A stretch of 64,000 nt of DNA from an uncultured Acidobacteriota bacterium (GTDB taxonomy: Bacteria; Acidobacteriota; Vicinamibacteria; Vicinamibacterales; UBA8438): assembly GCA_913043225.1 (NCBI GenBank), contig CAJWLU010000003.1:96001-160000 (forward strand). Direction: 5' to 3'. The translations under genes and the position numbers were made by a program. The notes beneath the pieces were generated by a model, which had not been told where the DNA came from, made no database searches, and worked only from the letters and a program-made list of their open reading frames with translations. Shown here in pieces: positions 48,114 to 57,915 of the stretch (the first letter of the stretch is position 1; every line of letters begins with the position of its first letter).

Positions 48114-48500
48114 ATGATCCAGCCCGGTTCTACCCGTCGCATCATCCTGACGTTGCTGCTGGCCGCGGCTTCGTCATCGCTTGGCGCGCAGTCCCGCGAG
48201 GTCGTCGAGATCATCGCCGAGCGATTCACGTTCACGCCGTCGAAGATTGAGGTCGAGGTTGGGACGATGGTTGAGATTCACCTTCGTAGCGAGGATACCG
48301 ACCATGGGTTTCGCCTGGCCGACGGTACCAACGTGATTATCCCGAAGCGACGCCATGGCGAGGCGGTGGTCGAGTTCGAGGCCGAGAGCCCCGGCACCTA
48401 CCGGTTCGAGTGCTCGAAGCTCTGTGGCGCCGGCCATCACTTTATGCAAGGCGAGATCGTGGTGACGCCGAGAGCCACTGATGCCAGCCTAGTTCGATGA
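48114..48500 (+). CDS. Soluble periplasmic CuA-type cupredoxin (COX2 C-terminal-like)
   Basis: Signal peptide; SEDTDHGF and CSKLCGAGHHFM (H...CxxxCxxxHxxM); no TM anchor. Confidence 0.85.
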   Translation: MIQPGSTRRIILTLLLAAASSSLGAQSREVVEIIAERFTFTPSKIEVEVGTMVEIHLRSEDTDHGFRLADGTNVIIPKRRHGEAVVEFEAESPGTYRFECSKLCGAGHHFMQGEIVVTPRATDASLVR

Positions 48501-49684
48501 TGCGTCCTCATTTCCTTTCGCTCGTCGTGTGCTTGGTCCTCGTCGGAGGATTGGCCGGAGCGCTCATCGCCCAGTCACCGCCGGTCCCAGGCGATCCGCT
48601 TCCGGGGCTGACGCCGGTGGAGTTTGAGCTCTTCGCCATGGGGCAGGACGATTTTCTCGAGGTTGAGGAGGCAGAGGAGGGGCTGGGGCCGGCCTACAAC
48701 GGCACAAGCTGTGGAGGCTGTCACAACGTCCCGGCGGTCGGTGGGATCTCGCCGGTGGCTGAGCTCCGTGCTGGGATGGTCGACGCCGAAGGCGTGTATC
48801 GGGATATCGATCCGGCCTCCGGTTCCCTGTTCCAGTTGTTCTCGATACCGACCCACGGGTGCCAAATCCGGATTCCGCCCGAGGCCAACGTCATCGCCCG
48901 CCGGGTGCCGATTCCGCTCTTCGGTGCCGGCCTGGTCGAGGCGATTCCCGACGAAACGCTGCTTGCGCTGGCGGATCCGCTCGACCTCGACCGCGACGGT
49001 GTCAGTGGGAGAGCCGGACTGGTGGAGGATCGTGCCAGTGGCGAGATCCGGGTGGGGCGCTTCGGCTGGAAGAGTCAGCACGCGACATTGCTCGTGTTCG
49101 GGGCTGATGCGTATCGAAACGAGATGGGGATCACAAGTGATCTCTTCCCCAAAGAACAGGCAAACGGGATCCCGCCAGAGCTAATGCGGTTGTGCGATCC
49201 GCTACCGGATCCGGAGGACGCGCCCGAGCCAGGCACGGGCCGTCGGGGTATCGAAAACTTCGCCTCGTTCATGCAGTTTCTAGCTCCCCTCGCCCGGGGT
49301 CCAGTTGACGACCAGGTGGTGATGGGGCAGCAGGTGTTTGACGACATTGGCTGTGACACGTGCCACGTGCCGATGCTGCAGACCGGTCCCAGTAGCAATC
49401 CGCTCTTCCATCGCCGCCCGGTGCATCTCTTCTCAGATCTCTTGCTTCACGACGTTGGTACCGGCGATGGCATTGGTCAGGGACCGGCCGCGCCGAATGA
49501 GCTACGCACGCCGGCGCTGTGGGGGCTGCGGTTCCGCCGTCCCCTCCTCCACGACGGCCGCGCAGCGACCGTGTCGGATGCTGTCGAGGCCCATGGGGTC
49601 GAGGCGACTGGAGCGCGCAGCGCCTACGACGGCCTGGATCCCGCCTCACGTGCCGCGCTGCTCGCCTTCCTCGTGTCTCTCTGA
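48497..49684 (+). CDS. Di-heme oxidoreductase (DHOR)-family protein
   Basis: GLGPAYNGTSCGGCH, PLFGAGL, GRFGWK, EMGITS, GCDTCH, SDLLLHD, RTPALWG, LLHDGRA; ATGA-coupled to the cupredoxin. Confidence 0.88.
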   Translation: MMRPHFLSLVVCLVLVGGLAGALIAQSPPVPGDPLPGLTPVEFELFAMGQDDFLEVEEAEEGLGPAYNGTSCGGCHNVPAVGGISPVAELRAGMVDAEGVYRDIDPASGSLFQLFSIPTHGCQIRIPPEANVIARRVPIPLFGAGLVEAIPDETLLALADPLDLDRDGVSGRAGLVEDRASGEIRVGRFGWKSQHATLLVFGADAYRNEMGITSDLFPKEQANGIPPELMRLCDPLPDPEDAPEPGTGRRGIENFASFMQFLAPLARGPVDDQVVMGQQVFDDIGCDTCHVPMLQTGPSSNPLFHRRPVHLFSDLLLHDVGTGDGIGQGPAAPNELRTPALWGLRFRRPLLHDGRAATVSDAVEAHGVEATGARSAYDGLDPASRAALLAFLVSL

Positions 49685-49744
49685 GCGTTGTCCCGCCCCA
49701 GCCACTCACGTCCTCGCCGGCTCGCAGCGGATAATGGTCACCCC

Positions 49745-50146
49745 GTGACTACGATTGTGCCCGTCGTCGCTCTCTCCGCGAACAAGTCACTCGACTCTGG
49801 CGGTTCCGCCACGGTGACGCCGCTTGTCGACATGGCCCTGTACCATCACAGCGATGCCGGTGCGAGAGTGGTCAATCTCGGAGACATGCTGCAGATCTGG
49901 TTCACCGATCGCTACCGGGCGGCCGTGCACCGGGTGCGGCCTATTACCGGCCGATCCCGCTATTGCCTGCCGTTCTTCTTCAGCCCGACCTACGAGACAG
50001 ACGTTACCTCCCTTCTGACCGGCGAGGAGCAGCCGCCCGACCGCACCGTAGGCTGGGGCGCTTTCCGTCAGGCGCGGACCGATGGCGATTATGCGGACTA
50101 CGGTCACGAAATTCAGATGGCCGACTTTTGGCATGAGGAGCAGTGA
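49745..50146 (+). pseudogene. Internally deleted IPNS-family 2OG-Fe(II) oxygenase
   Basis: About 133 codons in one frame: N-terminal VPVVALS, then HHSDAGA joined directly to VVNLGDM..HRV..RYCLPFF. Most of the domain is missing. Confidence 0.75.
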
Positions 50147-51330
50147 TGGCTAGCGTGCTTGACGGCGTGCGCGTACTTGATTTCGGTCGGTACATCGCGG
50201 GCCCCTACTGTGCGGCGTTGCTCGGTGATCTTGGTGCCGACGTCATCCGCGTCGAGAAGGTCCAAGGGAGCGAAGATCGATTCCTGGTGCCGGTGAACGA
50301 CGCCGGTGACGGCGCGATGTACGCGCAGGTGAACCGGAACAAGAGAGGGCTCACCCTCAACCCGATCAAACCGTCAGGGCGGCTTGTGGTCCGGAAGCTG
50401 GTGGCCACCGCCGATATTGTGGTGGCGAATTTGCCCGACGCCGCACTCGAGGCGATGGCCCTTGACTACGCCTCGCTGACGGCGGTGAAGCCAGACATCA
50501 TCCTGACCACGGTGTCGGCTTTCGGCAACGGTGGACCCTATTCGGAGAAGGTCGGGTTCGATGGTATCGGTCAGGCGATGTCCGGATCGATGTATCTGTC
50601 CGGCGAGCCTGGTCAGCCCACCAAGAGCTACGTACCGTGGGTCGATTTCACTACTGCGCTCAGCGCCACCGTCGGGACCCTCGCGGCCGTGGTCGCGCGT
50701 CAGCGGACCGGGCTAGGACAGCATGTCCAGGGATCGCTGTTGGCTTCGGCCCTGACCATTGCGAATCCGACGCTCATCGAGCAGGCGGTGCACGCTCCGC
50801 ATCGGGTGGCGTCGCTGAACCGGAGCCAGGTCTCGGCCCCGTCCGATACGCATCGGACCAAGGATGGGTGGATCCTGGTGCAGACCATCGGCCAGCCGCT
50901 GTTCGAGCGCTGGGCGAACTTGATGGGCGAGCCGCACTGGCTCGACGATCCTCGGTTCGTCGATGATATGTCGCGGGGAGATCATGGCGCTGCTATCAGC
51001 GAACGGATGGCCGCTTGGTGTGCGGACCGGACGTCGGCTGAGGCACTCGACGCACTCGAGCAAGCGAGAATCCCGGCTGGTCCCGTGTACTCCCCCCAAC
51101 AGGCGCTCGATGACCCCCATGTCCAGGCGATCGAGTTCCTGAAGCCGGTGGTGTATCCCGGTGCGCCCGGCCCGGTGCCGGTGTCAGATACACCGTTCTC
51201 GATGTCCGCTAGTCGACCGGGCATCACCCAGCGTGCCCCCCAGCTGGGCGAGCACACGGACGAGATTCTGGACGAGCTGGGCTATTCGACTGACGAGGTC
51301 GCCGGTCTCCGCGGCGAACGGGTCGTCTAA
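50146..51330 (+). CDS. CaiB/BaiF family III CoA-transferase
   Basis: LDGVRVLD, AGPY, LGADVIRVE, NRNKR, GFDGIGQAMSG, PWVD, PQLGEHT. Confidence 0.93.
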   Translation: MASVLDGVRVLDFGRYIAGPYCAALLGDLGADVIRVEKVQGSEDRFLVPVNDAGDGAMYAQVNRNKRGLTLNPIKPSGRLVVRKLVATADIVVANLPDAALEAMALDYASLTAVKPDIILTTVSAFGNGGPYSEKVGFDGIGQAMSGSMYLSGEPGQPTKSYVPWVDFTTALSATVGTLAAVVARQRTGLGQHVQGSLLASALTIANPTLIEQAVHAPHRVASLNRSQVSAPSDTHRTKDGWILVQTIGQPLFERWANLMGEPHWLDDPRFVDDMSRGDHGAAISERMAAWCADRTSAEALDALEQARIPAGPVYSPQQALDDPHVQAIEFLKPVVYPGAPGPVPVSDTPFSMSASRPGITQRAPQLGEHTDEILDELGYSTDEVAGLRGERVV

Positions 51331-51453
51331 GGGCTGAAGGTCGTAGTCATGGCGCCAGGCCCTAGCGCCAGCGTGATCACCGAGGTGACGGTGGAGCCGG
51401 AGTTCCCGGGATAGGGCCCGGACGGCGTGGCGCAGGCTCTGGGCGGTGGACAC
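51328..51453 (-). pseudogene. 5' relic of an ADOP/MacB-like ABC permease
   Basis: AQSLRHAVRALSR, then a 1-nt frameshift to NSGSTVTSVITLALGPGAMTTTFS*; compare the family N-terminus QDLRYALRxLRRxPGFTxxAVLTLALGIGANTAIFS. Confidence 0.65.
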
Positions 51454-51556
51454 CTCGGTCAGTAACTTCTAGGTGATGGTGTCGCGGGTGGCCCGACTAT
51501 AGCGCTTGGCCTCCGTCGGGATGTTGGCTGCGTCTCGGGTTTATAATCCGCGGGCC

Positions 51557-52123
51557 ATGATCACAGAATCCGCCACGCTGCCGTCGGTCGTGATCCTCAG
51601 CTGTTCGTTGAATCCGCAGAGCCGCTCCCATAAGCTGGCCATTGCCGCGGAGACCTTCCTACGTGGGCGCGGAGTCGGAGTGGAGCTCATCGATCTCGGC
51701 GAGCACGAGTTGCCGCTTTGTGGGACCCAGGGCTCGTTCGACCACCCCAACGTGCAGCTGCTGACCGGCAAGATCGACGCTGCCGACACCATCCTAATCT
51801 CGGCGCCGGTCTACAACTACGACCTCAACGCCGTAGCTAAGAACGCCATGGAATTAACCGGATCTGGCTGGAAGGACAAGCCGGTCGGGTTCCTCTGCGC
51901 GGCGGGAGGCAAGGCGAGCTACATGTCGCCGATCAGCTTCGCCAACAGCCTCATGTTCGACTTCCGCTGTCACGTGATTCCGCGGTTCGTCTACTGCACA
52001 AGACCGGACTTCACGGACGAGGGGCAGCCGGGGCCAGAGATCGTCCAGCGGACAGAACAACTGGCCGCTGCTGCAGTCGATCTCGCCCGGGGCTTGGCGT
52101 GGGCGCGCGCCAATCCGGTCTGA
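51557..52123 (+). CDS. NADPH-dependent FMN reductase
   Basis: SCSLNPQSRS, APVYNY, KNAME, KPVG; TATAAT lies 9 nt before the ATG. Confidence 0.88.
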   Translation: MITESATLPSVVILSCSLNPQSRSHKLAIAAETFLRGRGVGVELIDLGEHELPLCGTQGSFDHPNVQLLTGKIDAADTILISAPVYNYDLNAVAKNAMELTGSGWKDKPVGFLCAAGGKASYMSPISFANSLMFDFRCHVIPRFVYCTRPDFTDEGQPGPEIVQRTEQLAAAAVDLARGLAWARANPV

Positions 52124-52136
52124 GATAGAGGAGATC

Positions 52137-52601
52137 GTGCCAGTGGCGAGGCGAGCCGCGCTCCGTATCCTCTTGGTTACCGTGTCGCTCCTGATCTCGG
52201 TCGTGTCAAGCCGTGCGCAGTTCGCGGCCGAGAACGCGGCCATGGGAGTGCTCGATGATTTCATGGGCGCGTTCAACGCCCGGGACGACGCGGCGATGTG
52301 CGGGACGTTCCACTTTCCGCACCTGCGTTTCGCCAGCGGGGCCGTACGGACCTACGAGAGTCACGCCGACTGTGTCGCCCAGTTCGATTTCGCTCGATTC
52401 GTCGAGCGCACCGGATGGGCGCGCAGCGACTGGGACCGTCGTGCGGTGGTGCAGGCGAGTCCAGACAAAGTCCACGTAGCAGTGATCTTCAGCCGCTACG
52501 CCGCAGACGATCAGCGGCTGTCGCAGTTCGACTCGCTTTACATCATCACGCGTGTGGAGGGCCGCTGGGCCATCCGGTCGCGTTCCAGCTTCGCTCCGTA
52601 G
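52137..52601 (+). CDS. Secreted NTF2-like protein
   Basis: Signal peptide; LDDFMGAFNARD, HFPHLR, KVHVAVIFSRY, WAIRSRSSFAP. Confidence 0.75.
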   Translation: MPVARRAALRILLVTVSLLISVVSSRAQFAAENAAMGVLDDFMGAFNARDDAAMCGTFHFPHLRFASGAVRTYESHADCVAQFDFARFVERTGWARSDWDRRAVVQASPDKVHVAVIFSRYAADDQRLSQFDSLYIITRVEGRWAIRSRSSFAP

Positions 52602-52611
52602 CGGCGGACTG

Positions 52612-54450
52612 CTAGCGTCCGGGTATAGCGGTGTTCAGTAGCTCGGCCGACGGGTCGAGCCGGTCCCAGAGGAACCCGCCGAACCGGATCAGGACCGCGA
52701 TTATGGCTGCCAGTGGCGCGGCCGTGAGGAGACCCAGAAGCGGCAGTTGCCAGGCGCCGAGGGCCACATTTAGCACCTGTATCTGCACGAGCAGCCAGGT
52801 GCCGCTCACGATGACTCCCGGAAGCAGCCCGATGGTCATCGCGACCATCAACCCCAGGCTGGTGATGAGACCCTGTCCGATATGGGCGGCAGAGCCGGCC
52901 CGCCGCCGCCCGAGCTGGACCCAGCTGGGCCAGACGAGCGCCACCAGGTTCTGGAGCGTGGCTGACAAGGTGGCGACGGTCGCAACCAATGGTATGAGGG
53001 TGAGTAGGGCGGCCGCCAGGACCCCGAGAGGTGTCGTGCCCAGAGCTGTCGCGGTGTCGCTCACGAGCATGACGTCGTCCACCCCAAGGTGCCTGGTGGC
53101 GACGCCGGCTATCAACAGGACGCCGGTCGCCAGTGTGGCATACAGGCTCGCGATGATGGCCGGGCCCGCCACTTCGGCGCCGAACAGTCGCCATCCAGCG
53201 ACGGGCCAGGTGCGGATCAGTTCCGCGCGTAGCAGGTCGGTCCTCAGGTCGTTGCGCCACTGGTGACCCGCGGTCAGTGGCGTCATGACCAGGACCATGA
53301 GCGCGCCAACCACGAGAATGCCGATTAGCCAGATGGGCAGCGAAACCCACGTGACGGCGGCCGTCGCCGCCGTCAGGATGAGCAGAGCGCTCGCGCCGAT
53401 CGTGGTCAGCGGGGTGCGATGGGCGAGCATCAGGTTCTTCCAGAGGATGCCGAGCTCCGGTCGCCCCTGGGGACGGAGCCGGAACGGCGCCGCCCGCCGT
53501 TGCGACTGCTTCAACTTCAGGAACCGGGCTCCCGCCTCCTGGCTGGCGGCTAGACGCCGTGATCGGGCCAGGGAGGCGTCTTCAAAGCTCGCTTGGGAGC
53601 GCACGACCCACTCGTTGTGCGCGAACACCAGCAGCGCTGGCCACACCAGTAGCCCCAACCGTTCGACCACCGTTAACTCCATGTCGAGCCCACCCAGCAC
53701 GACTCTGGACAACCAGCGGAACGGTAGAACTAGCACTGACAGCGCTGGATGATGCTCGCGGAACCAGTCGGGGGAGAGTGGCCCTTGCAGCGTCGTTGAG
53801 ACGTCTCCCTGGATGTCTGGCACCGACGCGACGAGCGCCGCGATAGCGGGCGCGACCATCATCAGTACTAGGCTTGCCGTGCCAACTACCAGCACCCGTC
53901 GGCGCCAGGCCCTGGCGGCCGGGAGCTCGGACAGCTGCGCCATCCACAGGCCTCGTCCGCGCGCGTGGAGATTCCACAAGGTTAGGAGCAGCCACGTCGT
54001 CAGGAGCCGCCAGGCGAACACGGACAGGCGCCCGCCTGATGAGAAGAACGCGACGATGGCGGCGCCGAAGAGCACGCCCCACTGGCTCCGGAGAACCGCG
54101 TATTGGATGATATGCCGTCGACGAAGCGGAGCGGGCAGCAGAAGATGCAGCTCCGTCTCGGTGAGTTCAACCAGCGCCTTGCCGTAGGGCCAAAGCCACC
54201 AGAGGCTGACGAAAATGAGCAAGAGGAGCGCGCTGGAAAACTCCAGAAGCGGCGCCCATTCGGAGACGTCCTCGACCAGGTAGAGGGCCGCGTCACGATT
54301 GATCTGTAGCATCGGACGAAGCGCGAACAGCCCCACCCAGGTGGCGCCCGCCAGGGTGCCCACCAGATACCGGGGCTGCTTCATCAGGCGGAGCCAGCCG
54401 ACCACCCGCCCGCGGAGTGACCGCCACGCCAGATAGAGCAGCGGGCTCAT
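52612..54450 (-). CDS. Putative ABC exporter permease
   Basis: Multiple TM segments; ETELHLLLPAP, WKNL, RNDLRTDL; coupled to the ATPase gene. Confidence 0.82.
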   Translation of the reverse strand: MSPLLYLAWRSLRGRVVGWLRLMKQPRYLVGTLAGATWVGLFALRPMLQINRDAALYLVEDVSEWAPLLEFSSALLLLIFVSLWWLWPYGKALVELTETELHLLLPAPLRRRHIIQYAVLRSQWGVLFGAAIVAFFSSGGRLSVFAWRLLTTWLLLTLWNLHARGRGLWMAQLSELPAARAWRRRVLVVGTASLVLMMVAPAIAALVASVPDIQGDVSTTLQGPLSPDWFREHHPALSVLVLPFRWLSRVVLGGLDMELTVVERLGLLVWPALLVFAHNEWVVRSQASFEDASLARSRRLAASQEAGARFLKLKQSQRRAAPFRLRPQGRPELGILWKNLMLAHRTPLTTIGASALLILTAATAAVTWVSLPIWLIGILVVGALMVLVMTPLTAGHQWRNDLRTDLLRAELIRTWPVAGWRLFGAEVAGPAIIASLYATLATGVLLIAGVATRHLGVDDVMLVSDTATALGTTPLGVLAAALLTLIPLVATVATLSATLQNLVALVWPSWVQLGRRRAGSAAHIGQGLITSLGLMVAMTIGLLPGVIVSGTWLLVQIQVLNVALGAWQLPLLGLLTAAPLAAIIAVLIRFGGFLWDRLDPSAELLNTAIPGR

Positions 54451-55181
54451 GAGCCGCCGTCAGCGCCTGTCGCCCGCAGGAAGAGCGTTTCGAGATCGGC
54501 GTCCGCGTCCACATCTGGCAACTCGGCGCGGATCTCGGTGAGGGTGCCCTCGAGTACCGTGCGACCCTGGTTCACGATCAGGACCCGGTCGCACACCTCT
54601 TCCACCAGATGCAGCATGTGCGAGGAGATGATGATCGCCGCTCCGTTATCGGCGGTCTGCCGGACCGTCCGTTTCATTTGGCGCATGGCGGCTGGGTCCA
54701 GACCGGTCAGCGGCTCGTCGAGCACCAGGACCCGTGGCCGATGGAGGAGTGCGCAGGCGACCACGAGCTTCTGCTTCATGCCCCTCGATAGCTCGGTGGG
54801 AAACGCGAGCTCTCGGCCAGTCAGTGCCGCGTCACGGAGTAGCGTATCGGCGTGCGCCTGACCATCGTCAACTCTGTAAAGTCGAGCGAAGAGGGTGAGG
54901 TGGTCTCTCACCGTCAGGTGGTCGAAGAGATACGGCTCATCCGGAACAAAGGCGAGACATTGTCGCGCCTCGGTCGGGCGGTGGCGAAGGTCGAAACCAG
55001 CGATGGTGATACGACCGGATGTGGCTGGGATGATGCCGGCCAGACAGCGGAGCGTAGTGGTCTTGCCGGCGCCATTGGGCCCTACCAGGCCAAGGATCTG
55101 GCCCGGTTCCACGCGGAGCGAGAGGCCGTCGACGCCTTTGATGCCGTCGTACGCCTTCACGAGGTTAGTGATCTCGATCAC
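54447..55181 (-). CDS. ABC transporter ATP-binding protein
   Basis: GPNGAGKTT, LSRGMKQK, LDEPLTGLD, SSH. Confidence 0.93.
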   Translation of the reverse strand: MIEITNLVKAYDGIKGVDGLSLRVEPGQILGLVGPNGAGKTTTLRCLAGIIPATSGRITIAGFDLRHRPTEARQCLAFVPDEPYLFDHLTVRDHLTLFARLYRVDDGQAHADTLLRDAALTGRELAFPTELSRGMKQKLVVACALLHRPRVLVLDEPLTGLDPAAMRQMKRTVRQTADNGAAIIISSHMLHLVEEVCDRVLIVNQGRTVLEGTLTEIRAELPDVDADADLETLFLRATGADGGS

Positions 55182-55774
55182 AGGTGTCCCTCGCCAGTCT
55201 GTCGAGATTGTGTGCCGGATGTCCAGCGCCGCGAGAATTGGGGAACTAAGGGATCGTTGGTCGGTTGAGCTGCGGAGGTCGGTGCATAGGGATCTGTCGC
55301 GTCACGACACGAGCAGCAAGTAGTCGTCGCCGGTGACCGCCCGCGTGCCGCGGTCGTCGTCCACTGCAGGCAGCGAGCGGGCCACAGTCGTTTCGCAGTG
55401 GACAAGAGTCAGTTTTCCCGACGTGCCTAGCTTGGTCACCAGCGCTGCTGCGGTGGGGTTGGTGCTAGGTTGGGGAGGGCAACCACCGCTCTCACGTGCA
55501 TAGACCAGTATTCCCGAGCGGCTGACGTTCGCCGTCGTGTCCCGTCGCTAGGTCGTCTCGTCGCCGATCTGCCCACCACAGCAACATCGCGGCTACCATC
55601 CAGAGCTCAGATGGCATGACACAAGCATTTAAATTGCAGTCACTTACTGGTATTGACGGAAATCCGTCACAGAAATTGCGGTATGTTCCGCGTTACGGAA
55701 TTGTTCGTTCGTGCGAGTTCTTGCCACTTGAGGGGGAACTTGGGTCCCCTCAAGCGAGCGAGCGCGTCAGACCG

Positions 55775-57013
55775 CTACTGGCGGGGGCGAGCGCTTCGGC
55801 CTGAAGATCCGCCGCGGGAATAGCCGCCTGGAGACGCTTGACGGCCGCCCGAGCTGCCGCCGCTCGGGCGGCCAGTGGCGGCCTGGGTTCCACCATTCCC
55901 ATTGTCACCGCGCCGTGGGGCGGTGCGTTCAGCGGGAAACGCAACACGGTCGATCTGGGTGTAGCCCCGATCCTTGTAGGCACGCCCCCGCGTCCCGAAC
56001 TCCCCACCGCCGGGTACCACCGCGTATGACGTGGCCGGTCCCAGGTAGTAGAGCGAGTCGTACGGCGACCAGCCGTAGTAGTAGCCAAACGGGGCCGCAT
56101 AGTAGGGATACCAGCCGCTGAACGCGTAGGGGTCGTACGCTCCGAATCTGTGGGCGTTGGCTCCGTCCCATCCGCCTCCTCCGCTTGAGCGCTGCAGCGA
56201 GAACGCTTCTGGGAACGACAACGCGACCATCAGATCGATGACGCTCGCCGGGACGCCGCTGTCGTCGAGGCGAACGACCGCGCGCCCATTTAGGTCGAAG
56301 GAGGCTTGACTCTCGACGAGCAGCGCCTCCACGACCGCTGGGTCGGCGATCTGGCCTGCCTCGATTACGTCGTCGAGCGACAGCGGAGAACTGCTGTTCA
56401 TCCGCGCGGCATTCACCGCGCGTGCCTGCTCGGTTGAGTCTGGCTCTTCGCCCCCAGCCGCGTGGATCGTGGCCTCATTGGCGCGGCGGTACCGCCTGAC
56501 CGTCACCGCCCCCCTACTGCCTGAGTCTACGAACTGGAGATCCAGCCAGGTACGCTCGTCGGCCATCAGACCCACGCCGGAGACCCGGCGGCTGCTGCCC
56601 TCGCAGACCAGCTCGGCCTGGGTGAACAGTCTGGCGCCGTCGCGAGACCAACGGTTCCGCCGCCAGCCGTCACAGGTCTCCTCATTGATGGTGTGCTGTG
56701 CGCCGTCGGCGATCAGGGTCTCGGTTAGTACCGCTGTGCCGTCGGCCACTGTAGTGGCGCGGACAGACGCCGGCTTGTCGTCGGCTTTGATGCAGACTAC
56801 GACCCGGTCGGCGAAGCGTCGGGGATCCGCGGTCTCTTCTCCGAGCGCTCCGGTCTCCTCCACCAACTGCCAGCATCCCATCCACGGGAGCCAGCGTTCA
56901 TCTGCCGTCCCGGTTTGCGCCGGCTGCGCCCCAGCGAGCGTAGCTGTCAGCAGCAACGCGCCGACGCTGTAGGTGACCCGCTCGACGATTCTGGAGAGGT
57001 GGTGCTGGGGCAT
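55775..57013 (-). CDS. Secreted hypothetical protein with Tyr/Gly-rich C-terminal tail
   Basis: Signal peptide; RWLPWMGCW, VIDLMVALSFP; low-complexity tail. Confidence 0.75.
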   Translation of the reverse strand: MPQHHLSRIVERVTYSVGALLLTATLAGAQPAQTGTADERWLPWMGCWQLVEETGALGEETADPRRFADRVVVCIKADDKPASVRATTVADGTAVLTETLIADGAQHTINEETCDGWRRNRWSRDGARLFTQAELVCEGSSRRVSGVGLMADERTWLDLQFVDSGSRGAVTVRRYRRANEATIHAAGGEEPDSTEQARAVNAARMNSSSPLSLDDVIEAGQIADPAVVEALLVESQASFDLNGRAVVRLDDSGVPASVIDLMVALSFPEAFSLQRSSGGGGWDGANAHRFGAYDPYAFSGWYPYYAAPFGYYYGWSPYDSLYYLGPATSYAVVPGGGEFGTRGRAYKDRGYTQIDRVAFPAERTAPRRGDNGNGGTQAATGRPSGGSSGGRQASPGGYSRGGSSGRSARPRQ

Positions 57014-57040
57014 GGTGTCCTCATGCGCTACGGAGGTGAA

Positions 57041-57850
57041 TCAGAAGACGAACTCGAGACCGCCCGTGATCCGGAGCCCGCTCAGTTCGATGGTATCAAA
57101 GCCGACGAAATAGTCTGACGGGCGAGTGCGCGCCCACGCCTGCCGCGCCTCCAGGGTAAGAAATATCTGTTTCCGCACTGCGATGCTGACTCCGCCGAAG
57201 ACGTGTCCGCTCCAGGCCCACCCGCGGGTCCGGAAATCGTCGGTGAAGATGCTGAGGTCCACGAAGTCGACGAAGTCGCCGAACTGCTGAAATTGATACC
57301 ACTGGCCACCGCCTCCGGCTCCAACAAAGGGTGCCATTCGCCTGGGCACCCAGGCGAAGCGCCCGATCTGGCGGCCCCGCGGAACGAGCCACAGCCGGAG
57401 GCTGCCCTGCACCGGGACTCTCGTGAACTCGGTGGCCTGCGTAATCGGGAGTCCGTCGTCTTCGACGAACTCGCGGTACTCCGATTGCACTCTCGCCTGG
57501 CTGAAGCCGACCTCCGCTAGCAGATCAAGCCGCGAGGTTAGGGCGCGGCCGGCCGAAAGGCGCACCGCGACGGTGTCGAAATCGCCGTCCTCGATCGTTA
57601 ACTCGTTTCGAACGAAGTCGAAGAGGTCGCCGGTGTCGGTACCGGCTAGCCAACCTCCAGCGATTCCGAGCACCGTCCGCGGCTGCCCGAACAGAAAATC
57701 GGCCCCTGGGGGGGACGCTGGCTGCGCCGCGGTGCCGGATCTCGGAGCCTCCTCGGAGGAGCCGGCCGCGCTTGGCAGCGGTGCCAGGAGCAGTGCGATG
57801 AGAGGCACCAACGTAGACCGAAGCAGAGAACGGGGGCGGGGATCAGACAT
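57041..57850 (-). CDS. Outer-membrane beta-barrel protein
   Basis: Signal peptide; PFVGAGGG, GHVFGG, LEARQ; ends GGLEFVF. Confidence 0.8.
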   Translation of the reverse strand: MSDPRPRSLLRSTLVPLIALLLAPLPSAAGSSEEAPRSGTAAQPASPPGADFLFGQPRTVLGIAGGWLAGTDTGDLFDFVRNELTIEDGDFDTVAVRLSAGRALTSRLDLLAEVGFSQARVQSEYREFVEDDGLPITQATEFTRVPVQGSLRLWLVPRGRQIGRFAWVPRRMAPFVGAGGGGQWYQFQQFGDFVDFVDLSIFTDDFRTRGWAWSGHVFGGVSIAVRKQIFLTLEARQAWARTRPSDYFVGFDTIELSGLRITGGLEFVF

Positions 57851-57915
57851 TCATGGCCACGGCGGGCAGGCACTAATCTCATGCTACCGTTCAAGCACCG
57901 GGCAGACCGATTCGC

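Noticed and set aside
55300..55440. Minus-strand VDDDRGTR as a response-regulator relic
   Set aside because: Too short to support; no further receiver-domain motifs.
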